This document shows, one piece after another, positions 22,416 through 34,387 of a stretch of 64,000 bases of DNA. This DNA comes from Mesotaenium endlicherianum. Taxonomy: Eukaryota. Positions within the stretch are counted from its first letter, which is position 1, and the number at the start of each line of letters is the position of its first letter. The stretch lies in NCBI GenBank assembly GCA_009602735.1, contig WELA01003638.1, forward strand, positions 3,258-67,257. Reading direction: 5' to 3'. The translations under genes and the position numbers were made by a program. The notes under the pieces are model-generated. The model was not told the DNA's origin. It saw only the letters and a list, made by a program, of their open reading frames with translations, and made no database searches.

Positions 22416-25400
22416 AAAATTATAATGAATCAGTATATTGGATAGATATAATATATGTTTAAATATAATAGTTAAATAAGTTCAGCCTGCTGAACTTTAG
22501 TTGATATTAAGTCTGCTAGATATTTGATAATTAGTTAAGTGACTCAGACGAGAGCAGCTGGCTGAAGTTTTTTGGATCAGCCTGTTGACTCGTGTCAGCT
22601 TGCTGACACATTCTTTGACAGTCAGTTGGCTGCCGTACTCGGCAGCAGCAAACTGCCTAGCTATGCATCTAAGTGTGGTGTGCTAGATGAGTGGCCAGAT
22701 GAGAGATAGCTGTGGATTTGGTTAGCCGAGGTCCTATCAACGTGGTTAAGTCTCGGGTAGGCAGTGCCATCGCACTTGCCATTGAACAATAAACTCATTC
22801 CATGTACATATGCTAGTTATTGCTCTCGAGTTCAACATTCGGAAACAAGGCCAACTCTCTTGTATTGCTTACTGGGAGAGATCTTAATCTAAGGCGAGAA
22901 GCCATTGATACGCACTGTCTTCTACCCTTGCTTATGTATGAGTTTACTGATTGCATTATTGATGCTAGTTTACTTGCATTTGACTTGCAAGTATTGCTCA
23001 CTGCTAGTGTGTTAAAATACCATAAAGATTACTTGCTGATATACTGATCTTTAATAATTCTTAATTGCCTATTGGTAAGTCGATTCATTTCCGTGATATC
23101 GGAGCAGTTATCACAGTAGTCGTGTATGGTTAGGACTAGGTCTAAAACTAGCACTCTCGAGAAATGGAGGGTGAGGATAATGATATCATTGTAAAAAGGG
23201 CAGGACGAATGTCGCGTCTTTGGACCTCGTACCTACTTGGAAATGCTGCACGATCCAGGAGCTAGAGAAGCTGCTGAGCAGGCAGCAGCTCTTGCTGCAG
23301 TAGCAGCCCAGTTGTATGAGGACGAGTGTTTAGCCAAAGAGGTAGAGAAGGTAGTAAACAAGAGGGCCCCCGATGAAAGGACGGTGGAAGAGCAAATGGC
23401 AGAGAGGGCCAATCTCCAAAACCAACCTCATGCTGTGCCCACTGTCATACCTCTCCCTCAAATCCGCAGACAATTAAGCGCAACAGGCATAGCCGGAGCG
23501 GCAACAATCGGGAATGCCGAAGCCAATGCTAATTGAGCTAATGTTGCTGCTGCTGCGTTTGCTGGGCCACCACCTCAGAATGTAGATCTGGGAGCCTTAT
23601 TTGTTCACACGCAATCGCAAATGGGGAGCATGTATCAATCCCAACAGGAGGACAAAAGGATCATGATGGCATTGCTGCGTGACAGAAACCAACTGGGTCC
23701 TCAAACCACTGGTGGTGGTGGCAGGGGGCCTTGTAAGCCTAAACTAAAACCTCCCCAGGACTATGATCCTGAGGAAAACAAAAAGTATTACCTGATTAAG
23801 TTTCTCGCTGATGTTGAGTAGTGGCTAGAAAACTACCCAGAACTACGAGAAGGTCTACGAGAAGGTCAGGCACACTAGTGCTCTACTGAAAGGTAGTGCA
23901 GCAGATTGGTGGCTGTATTGGAAAGGAGAGCGTAAGGCTTATCAACTCGATAACCCTACCTGGGTAGAGTTTGTCGAGAAGCTGCATGAGAAGTTTGATG
24001 TTATCAATCAGCAGGAGAAAGCCATCTATGCAATGATCTCCTTGACACTGAAACAGACCACTTCAGTTGCTCAAGTTGCTCAAAATTTCCAAGAGAACAT
24101 GATGAAGCAGCCAGACTTGCCAGAGCGGTATAGGATAGCATACTTCAGGTATGGCTTGAAATCCAAAGTTTCAAATCATTTTGCCGAAAAGAAGTATGAG
24201 AAATGGCTGACTTGATCGAGGATGCCCGGGATCAGCAGCAGTTCAATCACAAGCGCCAAAGTAATGCTTTGGTGTCTAAGATTGTCAAAAAGCCCCACGG
24301 TTTCTACAATGCAATTGAAGGAGACCAGGCTGAGGACAATCGGGGTGAGAGTATGAGTATGAGTATAATGCTATACAATCTAGAAGGAGAGGTGGTTACT
24401 CTCGAGGTGGTTATGGAAGAGGTGGTGGTAGGACTAAACCGAATCCAGCCTCAACAGAATCTATTTGCTACCATTGCCAGCAGCTGGGTCACTACAGAGA
24501 GCAGTGTCCAGTCGAGCACCTTCCAAAAGTTGAGAGAAAGGACTAACCTTTAAAAGACAGAAACAGTTAGTAATCCAGTCTACTGACTGTGAGGATGCTA
24601 GAGATAATGAGTCGTCGCTAGCTGCTCTTGTAGCAGGTGTTATGGGTCCTGCTGAACTGAATTCACTATGCATGCCTGACAAATAGATAAAGGAGACCAT
24701 CAGCAATATAGATCTTCAAAGAGTGCACACGGCAGGGAGGAAGGTGAGAACATTTGTTGACGGAGGGGCGTCACATACTTTTATCCATAAGGACATAGTT
24801 AAGCAGCCAAGGTTGCCTACTGTTACCCAAGGGAATAGAAAACTGTTCCTTGGAGAAGCCTCAAGTATCCTGGGAGGAGTTATAAGCAAGCCTATTGAGG
24901 TCTAATTAGGTTTTGGCATTGCAGTTCTAACTAACACGCTTACATTTGAGGTACTCAACACTGGCTTTTATGATCTCGTGCTAGGCAGGTCCTGGTTTAA
25001 CAGACATCAAGCTGAAGTGTGTTGGAGCAGAGGGAGAGTTAAAGTGAGAGGAGCCAGTGATGGGCAGACTAACTTGGCACCCACCAGTGCTCTTCCTCTT
25101 GTCTTGTGTGGATGGCAAATGAAGGAAAAGAAGAGGCTTTCAGGAGAATGCAAATTGCTGAATGCAATGGAGTTCATCAAAAGCTAGAACCGGAAGAAAG
25201 GTAGAATGTTCTGTCTTCTGCTAAAAGAGGTACCTTCTCAGCCTGAACAGGTAGTTGAGGAAAAGGTGAGCCCTCCGGAACACCCTACTGCTGCGAAAAT
25301 TGTTGCTCAATATGCTGATTGTTTTAACACGCCACTAAGATTGCCCCCTAAGAGAGAAGTAGATTGAAAGATTGATTTTTTACCTGGAAGTCAGCCACCT

Positions 25401-28371
25401 TGACAACGCACATATGGCTCGTCATACGTGGAGAGTGAAGAGTTAAAAACACAGCTTGCAGAGCTGGAGGAAAATGGTTATATTTCTCCCAGTAAATCAC
25501 CTTATGCCGCACCTACTTTATTTGTTAAGAAGGAGGATGGCAGTATGCTAATGTGTGTGGATTACGGAGCTCTTAACAGAATCATAGTAAAGAACAAGTA
25601 TGCTTTACCCAGAATCAAGGACTTGCTTGGTACTCTGTCTTGTGCTAAAGTGTTCCGTAAGATAGATCTCAAAAATGGTTATCATTAAATAAGAATTGCT
25701 GAGGGATATGAACACAAGACTGCCTTCCGCACACTTTATGGACACTATGGGTTTATGTGATGCCATTTGGACTGACTAATGCTCTTGCAACCTTCATGGG
25801 TGCTATGAATGACATTTTTAGACTTTATTTGGATAAGTTTGTGCAAGTCTTCTTGGATGACATTCTTATACTTTAAAAATGAAGCTGAGCATGCTGAGCA
25901 TTCGAAGACAATCATGGACACTCTAAGAAGAAATCAATTATATGCTAAAAAGAGCAAGTGTGATTTCTATAAGGAGAGTACTGAATTCTTGGGCCACGTT
26001 GTCAATAAGAAAGGCATTAGTGTGGATTTTAAGAAAGTCCAGACCATAAGGGAGCGGCCAGTACCACAGTCTGTCTCGAAACTTAGATCCTCCCTGAAGT
26101 TGGCTAACTACTATAGGAGATTTATTAAAAATTATGATTGAAAATTATTCCACAAAGGCCAGTAAACTGACTGACCTTACGAAGAAGGACATAGGGTATG
26201 TGTGGGGGGAAGAGCTGCAAACTGCCTTCCAAACCCTTAAAATGCTCTCTGGTTTGCCCGAGTCTTAGCTGTGTATGACCCCAACAAACCTGTACAGATG
26301 ATCACTGATGCTTCTGACTTTGCCATGGGTGCTATTTTGTTGCAGCCTGTTGACAAAATCACTAAGGATGGTAAGGTAAAGCGGGAGTGGCACTCGGTGT
26401 TGTATGAGTCTATGAAATTCAACCTAGCTGAAATAAACTTTTATGTGCATGATGAGTTGCTTCTGGTTATCATTCATGTTCTCAAACAGTGGAGAGCATA
26501 CTTACATGTTGAAACTTTTAAGGTGATTACAGATCATCTAGCTCTGACTCACTTTCAGAAGAAGTTTAATTTGTCAAGGAGAGAGAACCGCAAGAGCCAG
26601 ATGCTGGAGCAGTTCCAAGTCCAGATTGACTACAATGCAGGAAAGTTAAATCCTGCTGATGCACTCTCTAGGAGACTTGCAAAAAATGAACTTTATTCAG
26701 CATGCTGTGGATAAAGTCCTTTGTGCACTCACTTCACTAAAGGTGAAAAAGTCGTTTCTTGAACAACTTAGGAAAGCCTACCTTTCTTACCCAACATTTG
26801 AGCCCAGCCCCACTGATGGTGTGAGTCCTGATATTGCATTCGGGTATAAGCTAAAGGGAGAGGTCTGGGTCACTAAAACCACTTTAGGCAGGCTAAAGCT
26901 GGTCATTCCTAATAACTTGGAAATAAGATCATTCTTACTGAGTCAAACACATGACAGTTTACTGGGTGGACATTTGGGGCAGGCCAAAATTGTTCGCAAA
27001 TTGGCAGGGCATTATTACTTGGAAGGGTTGCTTCGGGAGGTCTTGAAGTTAGTTATGTTCTGAAACCAGTTTCAGAATAACAAGTCTAGACACACACCAC
27101 CCAAAGGGCTATTACAGCCACTACCCATACCAGCTAGACGATAGGAAACAATATTTATGGACTGGGTGGTAACACTACCAAGAACTGCCAATGAGCATGA
27201 TTATATCCTGTAGTAGTGGATACATTGACAAAAATGGTCATTTTCATCCCCACCACTGTCAAGGTGACTGCACTCAAAACTGCGAGGCAGTTCTACAACC
27301 ATGTAGTATGCCAACATAGGCTATCCTCCAATATTATCTTGGACAGAGACTCAAAATCTACCTCTAAGATCTAGAGAGCTTTAATGGGGTTAATAATCAA
27401 CACAGCAAATCACCCTCAGACTGATGGACAGGTCGTGAGAACTCACCAAGGTTTGCAGGAAGTACTGAGAGAAGATATTAACCTAAAATAAGATAATTGG
27501 GATGACCTATTGCCTCAAATTTGTGGTCAACAGTGCGGTGCATGCGTCAACGAGAAAGACCCCTTTTGAACTTAGTCTGGACTGAGTCCCCAAGTCTCCT
27601 TTATATGTGCTAGGGGAGTCCTTATTTCACCCTGAGGGAATTGACAACCCGGTGGTTCTTCAGTTAACTCAGGAGTTTGATGACACCCTGTCAGAAGTCC
27701 AACAGAACCTGCATAAAGCCCAAGAAAATCAACAAAAATATGCTAATCAACACTGTCGGGGCTGACATTTTCAAAGGGGAATTTGGTCAAACTGCATTCT
27801 CAACACCTGTACCTGCCTGGTGTGGTCAAGGAAAAACTTGGTCCGGTCTGGGTTGGTCCATATTCGGCGGTGCGCCAAGTCAGTCAGATTGCTTACAAAT
27901 TGAACATGTCAGCGGAATGCAAGTGTCACCCAGTCTTTAATGTCTCTTTTCTAGAACCATACATCAAGGGTGACACACTGTTCACAGGTCAGCTACCTGT
28001 CCAACCGGGACCGGTCCCCGCTGTTCGGGATGGTGACGTTGAGGAATTTGTGGTGGATGAGATTTTAGAAGCTTGCTTTGACCGTCGATCATCTAAATAT
28101 GTCATGAAATATCTGGTCAGATGGAAGGGTTACGATGCCTTTGGGGAAACCTGGGAATTTAAGGACCACTTGACCAATGCCAAAGGGGCGTTGAAACGCT
28201 TTCACCTTCGGGCGGCTTAGACACCTCCTCAACGGTCATTTCAGTTGACATGGGAAGGTGACTGGAGGTCGTGTCTCCATTTAAGTTGGAGGGGAAATAT
28301 GCCCGAAAGTGACAATTAGCGACACAAAGTGACAGTAGGTGACAGTTTGTGACAGTTATAACAAGCAGCCC

Positions 28372-28846
28372 TGTAACGATTGGCCACGTGGTTGGATGCG
28401 GCGCGTGCAACACGTCGCGGATGCGACTGGACGTGTCGGTTTGAATTGTATAAGTACAATTGGCGCGCGTTTAAATTACCTCGAGTTACCTTTTCGTTCG
28501 TATCGCTACATTGGTATCGGAGCGCAAACGTACGCAATCGTGTCCAGGAGACGAGGGTTTGAATCCCGCGGGGTGCAAAACTCGTCGATGGTACGACCGT
28601 ACGGCGATCTTTGGATTGTACAAAAAAAGGACCCTTACCCAAAACAATTTCCCTCGCGACGCCGGGGCCTGAGTGCCCGGGACGTGCACACTTGTAGGTA
28701 CGAGGAGTGTAACAATTGGCCACGTGGCCGGATGCGGCGCGTGCGACACGTCGCGGATACGATCGAAAGTGTCGGTTTGAATTGTATAAGTACAATTGGC
28801 GCGCGATCAGAGTACCTCAAATTACCTTTTTGTTTGTATCGCTACA
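28372..28846 (+). mobile_element. TRIM (terminal-repeat retrotransposon in miniature), 475 bp
   Basis: 139-bp TG...CA LTRs at 28372-28510 and 28708-28846; PBS TGGTATCGGAGC at 28512-28523; purine-rich gaggag before LTR2; TSD AGCCC. Confidence 0.95.
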
Positions 28847-30220
28847 AGCCCACCTTAAAATTAAGTAGGAGGGAGTGGGATAACATCTCGAGAACCAGCC
28901 GATTGTCTTTACATAACCATTTTCCACACTCAACTACGCTCACACTCACTTCTCTTTCAAGCATACTCCCACTTTCAGCTTACTTACAACGGGTATTGCA
29001 TACCTTGTAACTCTCACTACTACGTTCTTACCTGTCAAAGTACTCAATGATTGTGCACGATATCACGACTACCCTAACTCAATTGTGTTATGTTTGAGCA
29101 GGATGGTCACTCACAAGTCTGAATTCAAGAGGAAAAGAAGAGCGAACGAGGCACAGGCGAAGTACAAGGAATTCCACAGCGACATTAAATCGTCCTCCAT
29201 CTCATCTCGGGAATCAGAGCGACTTCGACTGCAGCGTGAGGCTCGGAAGAAGAGGGATGAGGAAGAACAAGCCAGGCTGAGGCAGGAAGAGCAGGATAGA
29301 AAAGTTGCAGGGGAAGCCAAGAAGGCAGAAGAAGACGGGTTTGCGGAGGAGAGGAAGCAGCAAGCTGAGAAAGAACAGAGGAGAATCAAAAGCTACTGTT
29401 ACACGGTGATGGGCAAGGGCTTTAAATTTTTTGAGGAAACCTTCAAGTATGCCAAGAGAAGCTGAAGTGAGTCATAAAAGGACATATTGCAGCGGGAGGG
29501 GGAGACGTCACCAAACTTTGACAAGTACATACAAGGTCACCACAAGGCTCCTATTGTACCATGACTATTCCAGGATGGCAGGATATACTGTCCGGGAGGC
29601 CAAGGCATTGGCCCAGATGAACGAAGCTAAAGCTGTGCCGATACCTGGGATCTTGGGCACAGACAGGGTCATCAGATTGATCCCTATGGACTCAGACAGC
29701 TTCAAGGATGCCACTTCCTACAATCGATTCAAGGCCACGTATACTGAGGTGGAGAGAAGAAGGTGGGAGTTCTTGGCAAGAGAGACCAGCTGGATTTTCC
29801 GGGGCACTGGTACCCTTGTACTCTGAAGAGGACAGCCCCTGCTTTCTTCCTGCAGCCCACTGACTGGCGCTAGATGACCATCAACTTGAGGGATCAGCTA
29901 AATGACGGAGCTGAGGAGGACGATTTCCTGGCAGACCTTCAGGGAGAATAGTGCTACCACCTCACATTGCAGCATGGGACCCAAGTCTGAATGGAGTCAG
30001 GGACTTCATGAGTCAGAAGATGCAGGAGGATAGGACCAGGGCTAGGAAGTCCTTCTCTAAGGGGAAACATGCTTATGCCAAATGGGCAAGTAAGCAGGTG
30101 GAGAAAGACTTGTATGCGATTAGAACCCAACAACCCCCACTAACACCCAAAAGGGGGAGGTTAGTGGGATACTCTTTTTCTCGGGAACGGCTGGAGAGGA
30201 TGACCAGAGAGATGCCAAAA

Positions 30221-32028
30221 CACTCTGAGACCGGTCTAGTGGGGAAACGGCAAAACGTCATGATCGGAGACGAGCGGAGAAATGTTATTTCTCCGCTAGG
30301 GCCTGTTCTGCTGTGTTTTTTTGCCTTCAATGGACCCTCCCACTTGCTTCTTGAAAGCGGAGACGTTACAATGCATCTACGGCATTGAAGGGCCAATTAG
30401 AGCATACTATTCAAAAATTACATGCATCTACGACATTGACGGGCCAATCAAAGCACACTCTAAAATGCAATCTGAAAAAATTTGTAACCAATCAGAAGAC
30501 ACCAATTTGAGCGCCAACTTTCAGAGTCAAGTTGTCTGTCGAGAGTTTCCGAAAGCAAAAACCTGATGACTTTTGAGGCTATTGACTTTTGAAATGAACG
30601 TCGTTCTCGCTGTCGGCAATCTGACAGCCAGTATCCGACGTTGACTTTTCTGATTGGCAGCTCAAGCCGCGTGAAGATGCTCGCACCAACCCATTGGGTC
30701 GCGGCGGGATGCTGCTCGACCGACCACGACCGACCGCCCGGACAAGCAGTGTATTGGCACGTAAATAAGCACATAGCATCATAAGAGCTAGGCCGCTTGC
30801 TGGTTTTTACCAGCAAGGAGGCCAAAACCCCGACATAGATTTTACATCTCCGTCAAGCTTATACCGAGGGACCTAAGCCGTGACGCAAAACTCCCGTGGG
30901 GATTTGAAATCTCCGCCAGGCTTGAACCCCAAAGGGATTAAGCTACGAGAGGGACACCCCACTCTAGCAATTGCATTGGTGATTTGCTAGATAGAAGATT
31001 ATAATTGGTGATTTGCTAGATAGAAGATTATAAGTTGCCTTCGTCCCCGTCGCAAAGTCGTTGAGGAAGAGGGTTTGCCGAGCCAAGATAGTCTGGGTTA
31101 TTCAGGCCATTTTCACGATAGAGGAGACGGCCCTGTGAGGGAAAGGGAAACGGGTGAGGAAAACGGGTGAGGGAAACGGGTGAGGGAAAGACAACCCCCT
31201 TCACGTGTTTTCAACATTGTGGCCGAAGGCAAACGTGCCCAACAGACAGAACATTAATTATCTGCTGACGCGACGATCGAGTCAGCATAACGTTATGTTT
31301 CAGCCAAGCAGCGGCCAAAACTGACTCGACAAAAGAGAGTTGATCCACGGCGCGCCACGATGCTCTCATACGACCAATCAAATACAAGCGAGGGCCGAGC
31401 GTCAGCAAGGGCCCCCTCCCGGTGACAAACGGGACTGGCCAAGGGGGGACAAGCTTGTCAAACTCTCCCCCACCACCCGACGACTTTGGCTCGTGGCCGG
31501 CTCATACATTAAACGGACGACGTGGAGCCACACGGTGCAGGCCACCATTTTCATCCGGCGACCGTGGCCGTCACTTTCTTGACAAAGTGAGCAGGCAACG
31601 GGAGCGGTCAGGCCACCCCCGCCACCCATTAGCTTTTGCGACTGAACGTAGGTTGTCTAGTTTTTGCTATTTGTTGTTTTGAACTTTTGTGACCAACACG
31701 TCCATGATAACGTTATCGCCACTCTTGAACCAAACAACGACCAAACAGAAGACGGTACCCATACTTAATCCAAAATTGCATGGTTGTGAACATCTTCAAG
31801 GCAATGCAAATGTCTACGCGTCAGATGTGGAGATTAGATGGAGATTGTTCCCATGCAATTTCTTCGGCATTTAGCATAGAAAGACCCAAAAAACACCATC
31901 TTAGCCTGCTGTGGAGAAGTCATGTTCTCCACTTTGCATGGCTTAGCGTTTAAAATCCAAACGGAGATGGCCGGAGATCGACACCTGGGGCGTTTTTTGC
32001 TGTTTCGGTCCAAACCGGTCTCAGAGTG
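30221..32028. mobile_element. Non-autonomous TIR DNA transposon, EnSpm/CACTA (CMC)-like, 1808 bp
   Basis: Perfect 15-bp TIR CACTCTGAGACCGGT, extending imperfectly to ~38 bp; AA on both sides; removal restores CCA AAA GTC in the ORF3 relic. Confidence 0.85.
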
Positions 32029-32133
32029 AAGTCTCAGATAAAAAGAAGATGAAGAGGAGGAAGGCGTAGGAGAGGAGTCTAGCCCTGCTGAGGCACTGAC
32101 CCCTGCGGGCTTGTTAGTCTGTTGTGCTATCCC

Positions 32134-33063
32134 TTAAGGTTTAAGCTTGTCGCTTTGCAAGACACGTTCCTCTCTCATTATATGTGTTGTAGTTAGGTTG
32201 AGGGGGTTTGAGTATGGCTGCATGAGTTGAGAAATTGAGACAGTACGTGCACACATGATTTACTAACTTAACTTTCCAAGTATGGATTGACAACATGTTA
32301 TCCTCGCCACGGTCCAAGTGCACTACGTCGTCCACAAGCTTCAGTATGCTGCAACTTCTTTGTGAAGAGGCTTCGGCAGCAACAATGGCATCCTACAGAT
32401 ATCCTCTACTCCCAACCGTGGCTGTGACATTGTGTGCTTCTCTTGTTTGCCACATTGATTTGTGCTTGGAGGGTTTAGGGTATGTGCCTTGTGCTTGAAT
32501 GCTATGTGTGAGACGGTGCTTTTGTGGTACTTGATGGGATCGTAGGAGCTTGAGGTTTAAGCTTAAGATGGGTTTAGTCAGTGTGCCGAGGTTTATGGAT
32601 GCGGGTCTTATGTGATTGCTGACTTAGGTTAAGTCACTCTGTTGGATTATTTGACCTAATGTGGTTAAAGGAATTAAGGGCTTGGGTTTATGGACGCAAG
32701 GGCTTTCCTTTGACTCTCTTTTATTTTATGGCTTATTAAAGTGTTAGAGCTCGAGAGCAGCCGCGATCAATGAATACTTTGAGTTGAATGAGCTCTGGAT
32801 GTTGCCATGCTTGGTACTTGGCATTTCTTACTATGAGATTATGGCTTGTTGGAGCCAGCGAGGGATTCAGATAGATTACCATATCAAGACTTGGGTCTGT
32901 ACGGTGTGTTGACTGCAATATGTGAAGTCAACGTGGATATTAGAGGGGGTTTGACTACTTGCCTTAGGTCCAGGTGACTATATGTTTTTGAATGCCACCT
33001 GTACACTTTGTCAAGTGTAAGGAGGTATGTGTCTTTGTCATAGGGATGATCTGGGCATATTAC
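32134..33063. mobile_element. Unclassified ~0.93-kb insertion in the ORF3 relic (boundaries uncertain)
   Basis: Interrupts ORF3 collinearity; possible atccc direct repeat at the flanks; no recognisable termini. Confidence 0.35.
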
Positions 33064-34387
33064 ATCCCCCATTTTGCAGAGGATTGGGAGGTCCTTGGCA
33101 CAGACAACCTTGCAGTAACTTGGGAATACTTGCTCACAAGGAGCCGGAGATCCAGAGATCTAGTGGCTGGGAAGTTTCAGTAGGAGGAGTCCGACCCCAA
33201 GAGGTGAAACTCAGGCAGATAGGGCAGACAGGAGAGCTGCCAAGGAGGCAGCCAGAGGGCAGCGAGCATCTCCCTCTCGAAGAGGGCATGTGCCCTTATC
33301 CCATGTCATGCAACACCCTTCTGGCATGCCAATGTATGTTTGTGCCAGTTTGAGGGTAGCACAGTAGAGGGTTGTCTCCATCAACTTGCAAACTGTGCAA
33401 GAAGAAGCTGCCCAGTTGCTACGTTCTCCTCTTGGTTCACCTTGGTCTGAACCCCCAAGTTTCAGGTTCCCACCCGATAGGAGAAGAAGGTCCAGGTTCA
33501 GGTCTCGCTCCCCTGAGGATAGAGCCCCTGGTGCTTAGTTTGCTGTTGGAGTTGTTTGGAGTCAGTCTGCTCTTGTGTGCATATATTTTACTTTGTTGCA
33601 GTCATATGGATAACAGGTGTTGTCGAGTCGACGACAATTTAAGTTGGAAGGATTGCAATGAATCAGTATATTGGATAGATTTAATATGTATTGAAATATA
33701 ATAATTAAATAGGTTCAGTCTGCTAAGCTTTAGTTAATATTAAGTCTGCAGGATTATAACACTTAGTTTAATGACTCAGCCGGGAGCAGCAGGCTGAAGT
33801 TAACTTAGGTAAGCTGGCTGACTTAGGTCAGGTTCTTGATACATTCTTTGACAGTCAGCTGACTGCCGTACTTGATAGCAACAAATTGCTTAGTTATGCA
33901 TCTACGTGTGGTGTGCTAGATGAATGGCCAGATGACACCCTTAAGGTCGATGGTGATTTGGGATGAGGGGAGATGGGTATGGATTTGATTAGCCGAGATC
34001 CTACCGACGAGGTTAACTCTTGGGTAGGCGGCGCCATCGCACTTGCCGTTGAACAATAAACTCATTCCATGTACATATGCTAGGTATTGACCTCAAGTTG
34101 GGCATTTGGAGACGAGGCCAACTCTCTTGTATAGCTTATTGAGAGATATTTGAATCTAAGGCGAGAAGCCATTGATGCGAACAGCCTTCTAACCTTGCTT
34201 ATGTATGAGTTTAGTGATTGCATGATTGATGCTGGTTTACTGGCATTTGACTTATGAGTATTGTATGCTGCTAGTGTATTGCCTTTCGTTGTTGAATCAG
34301 TTAGCAGAAAACACCATAAAGATTACTTGCTGATATAAAGATCTTTTATTAATTGTTAGTCGTCTATTGATAAGTATATTCATTTCA

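Larger units (their letters stand above)
29103..33538 (+). pseudogene. Divergent ORF3 homologue, interrupted by two insertions
   Basis: Motifs LYHDYSRMAGYT, AVPIPGILG, DSFKD, EVERRRWEFLARE, LPPHIAAWDPSLNG, FSKGKHAYAKWA, then GHVPLSHVMQHPSGMPMYV and RSRFRSRSP...APGA* are collinear with ORF3. Confidence 0.88.
22421..34387 (+). mobile_element. Decayed family A copy 2 with a divergent ORF3 and three nested insertions
   Basis: 5' LTR 22421-23092; gag-pol pseudogene 23126-28220; 3' LTR 33654-34387 preceded by hairpin and PPT. Flanks aaaat/gtggc do not match. Confidence 0.88.

Noticed and set aside
28339..29010. 223-aa ORF with an internal repeat
   Set aside because: It is the two TRIM LTRs read in frame by chance.
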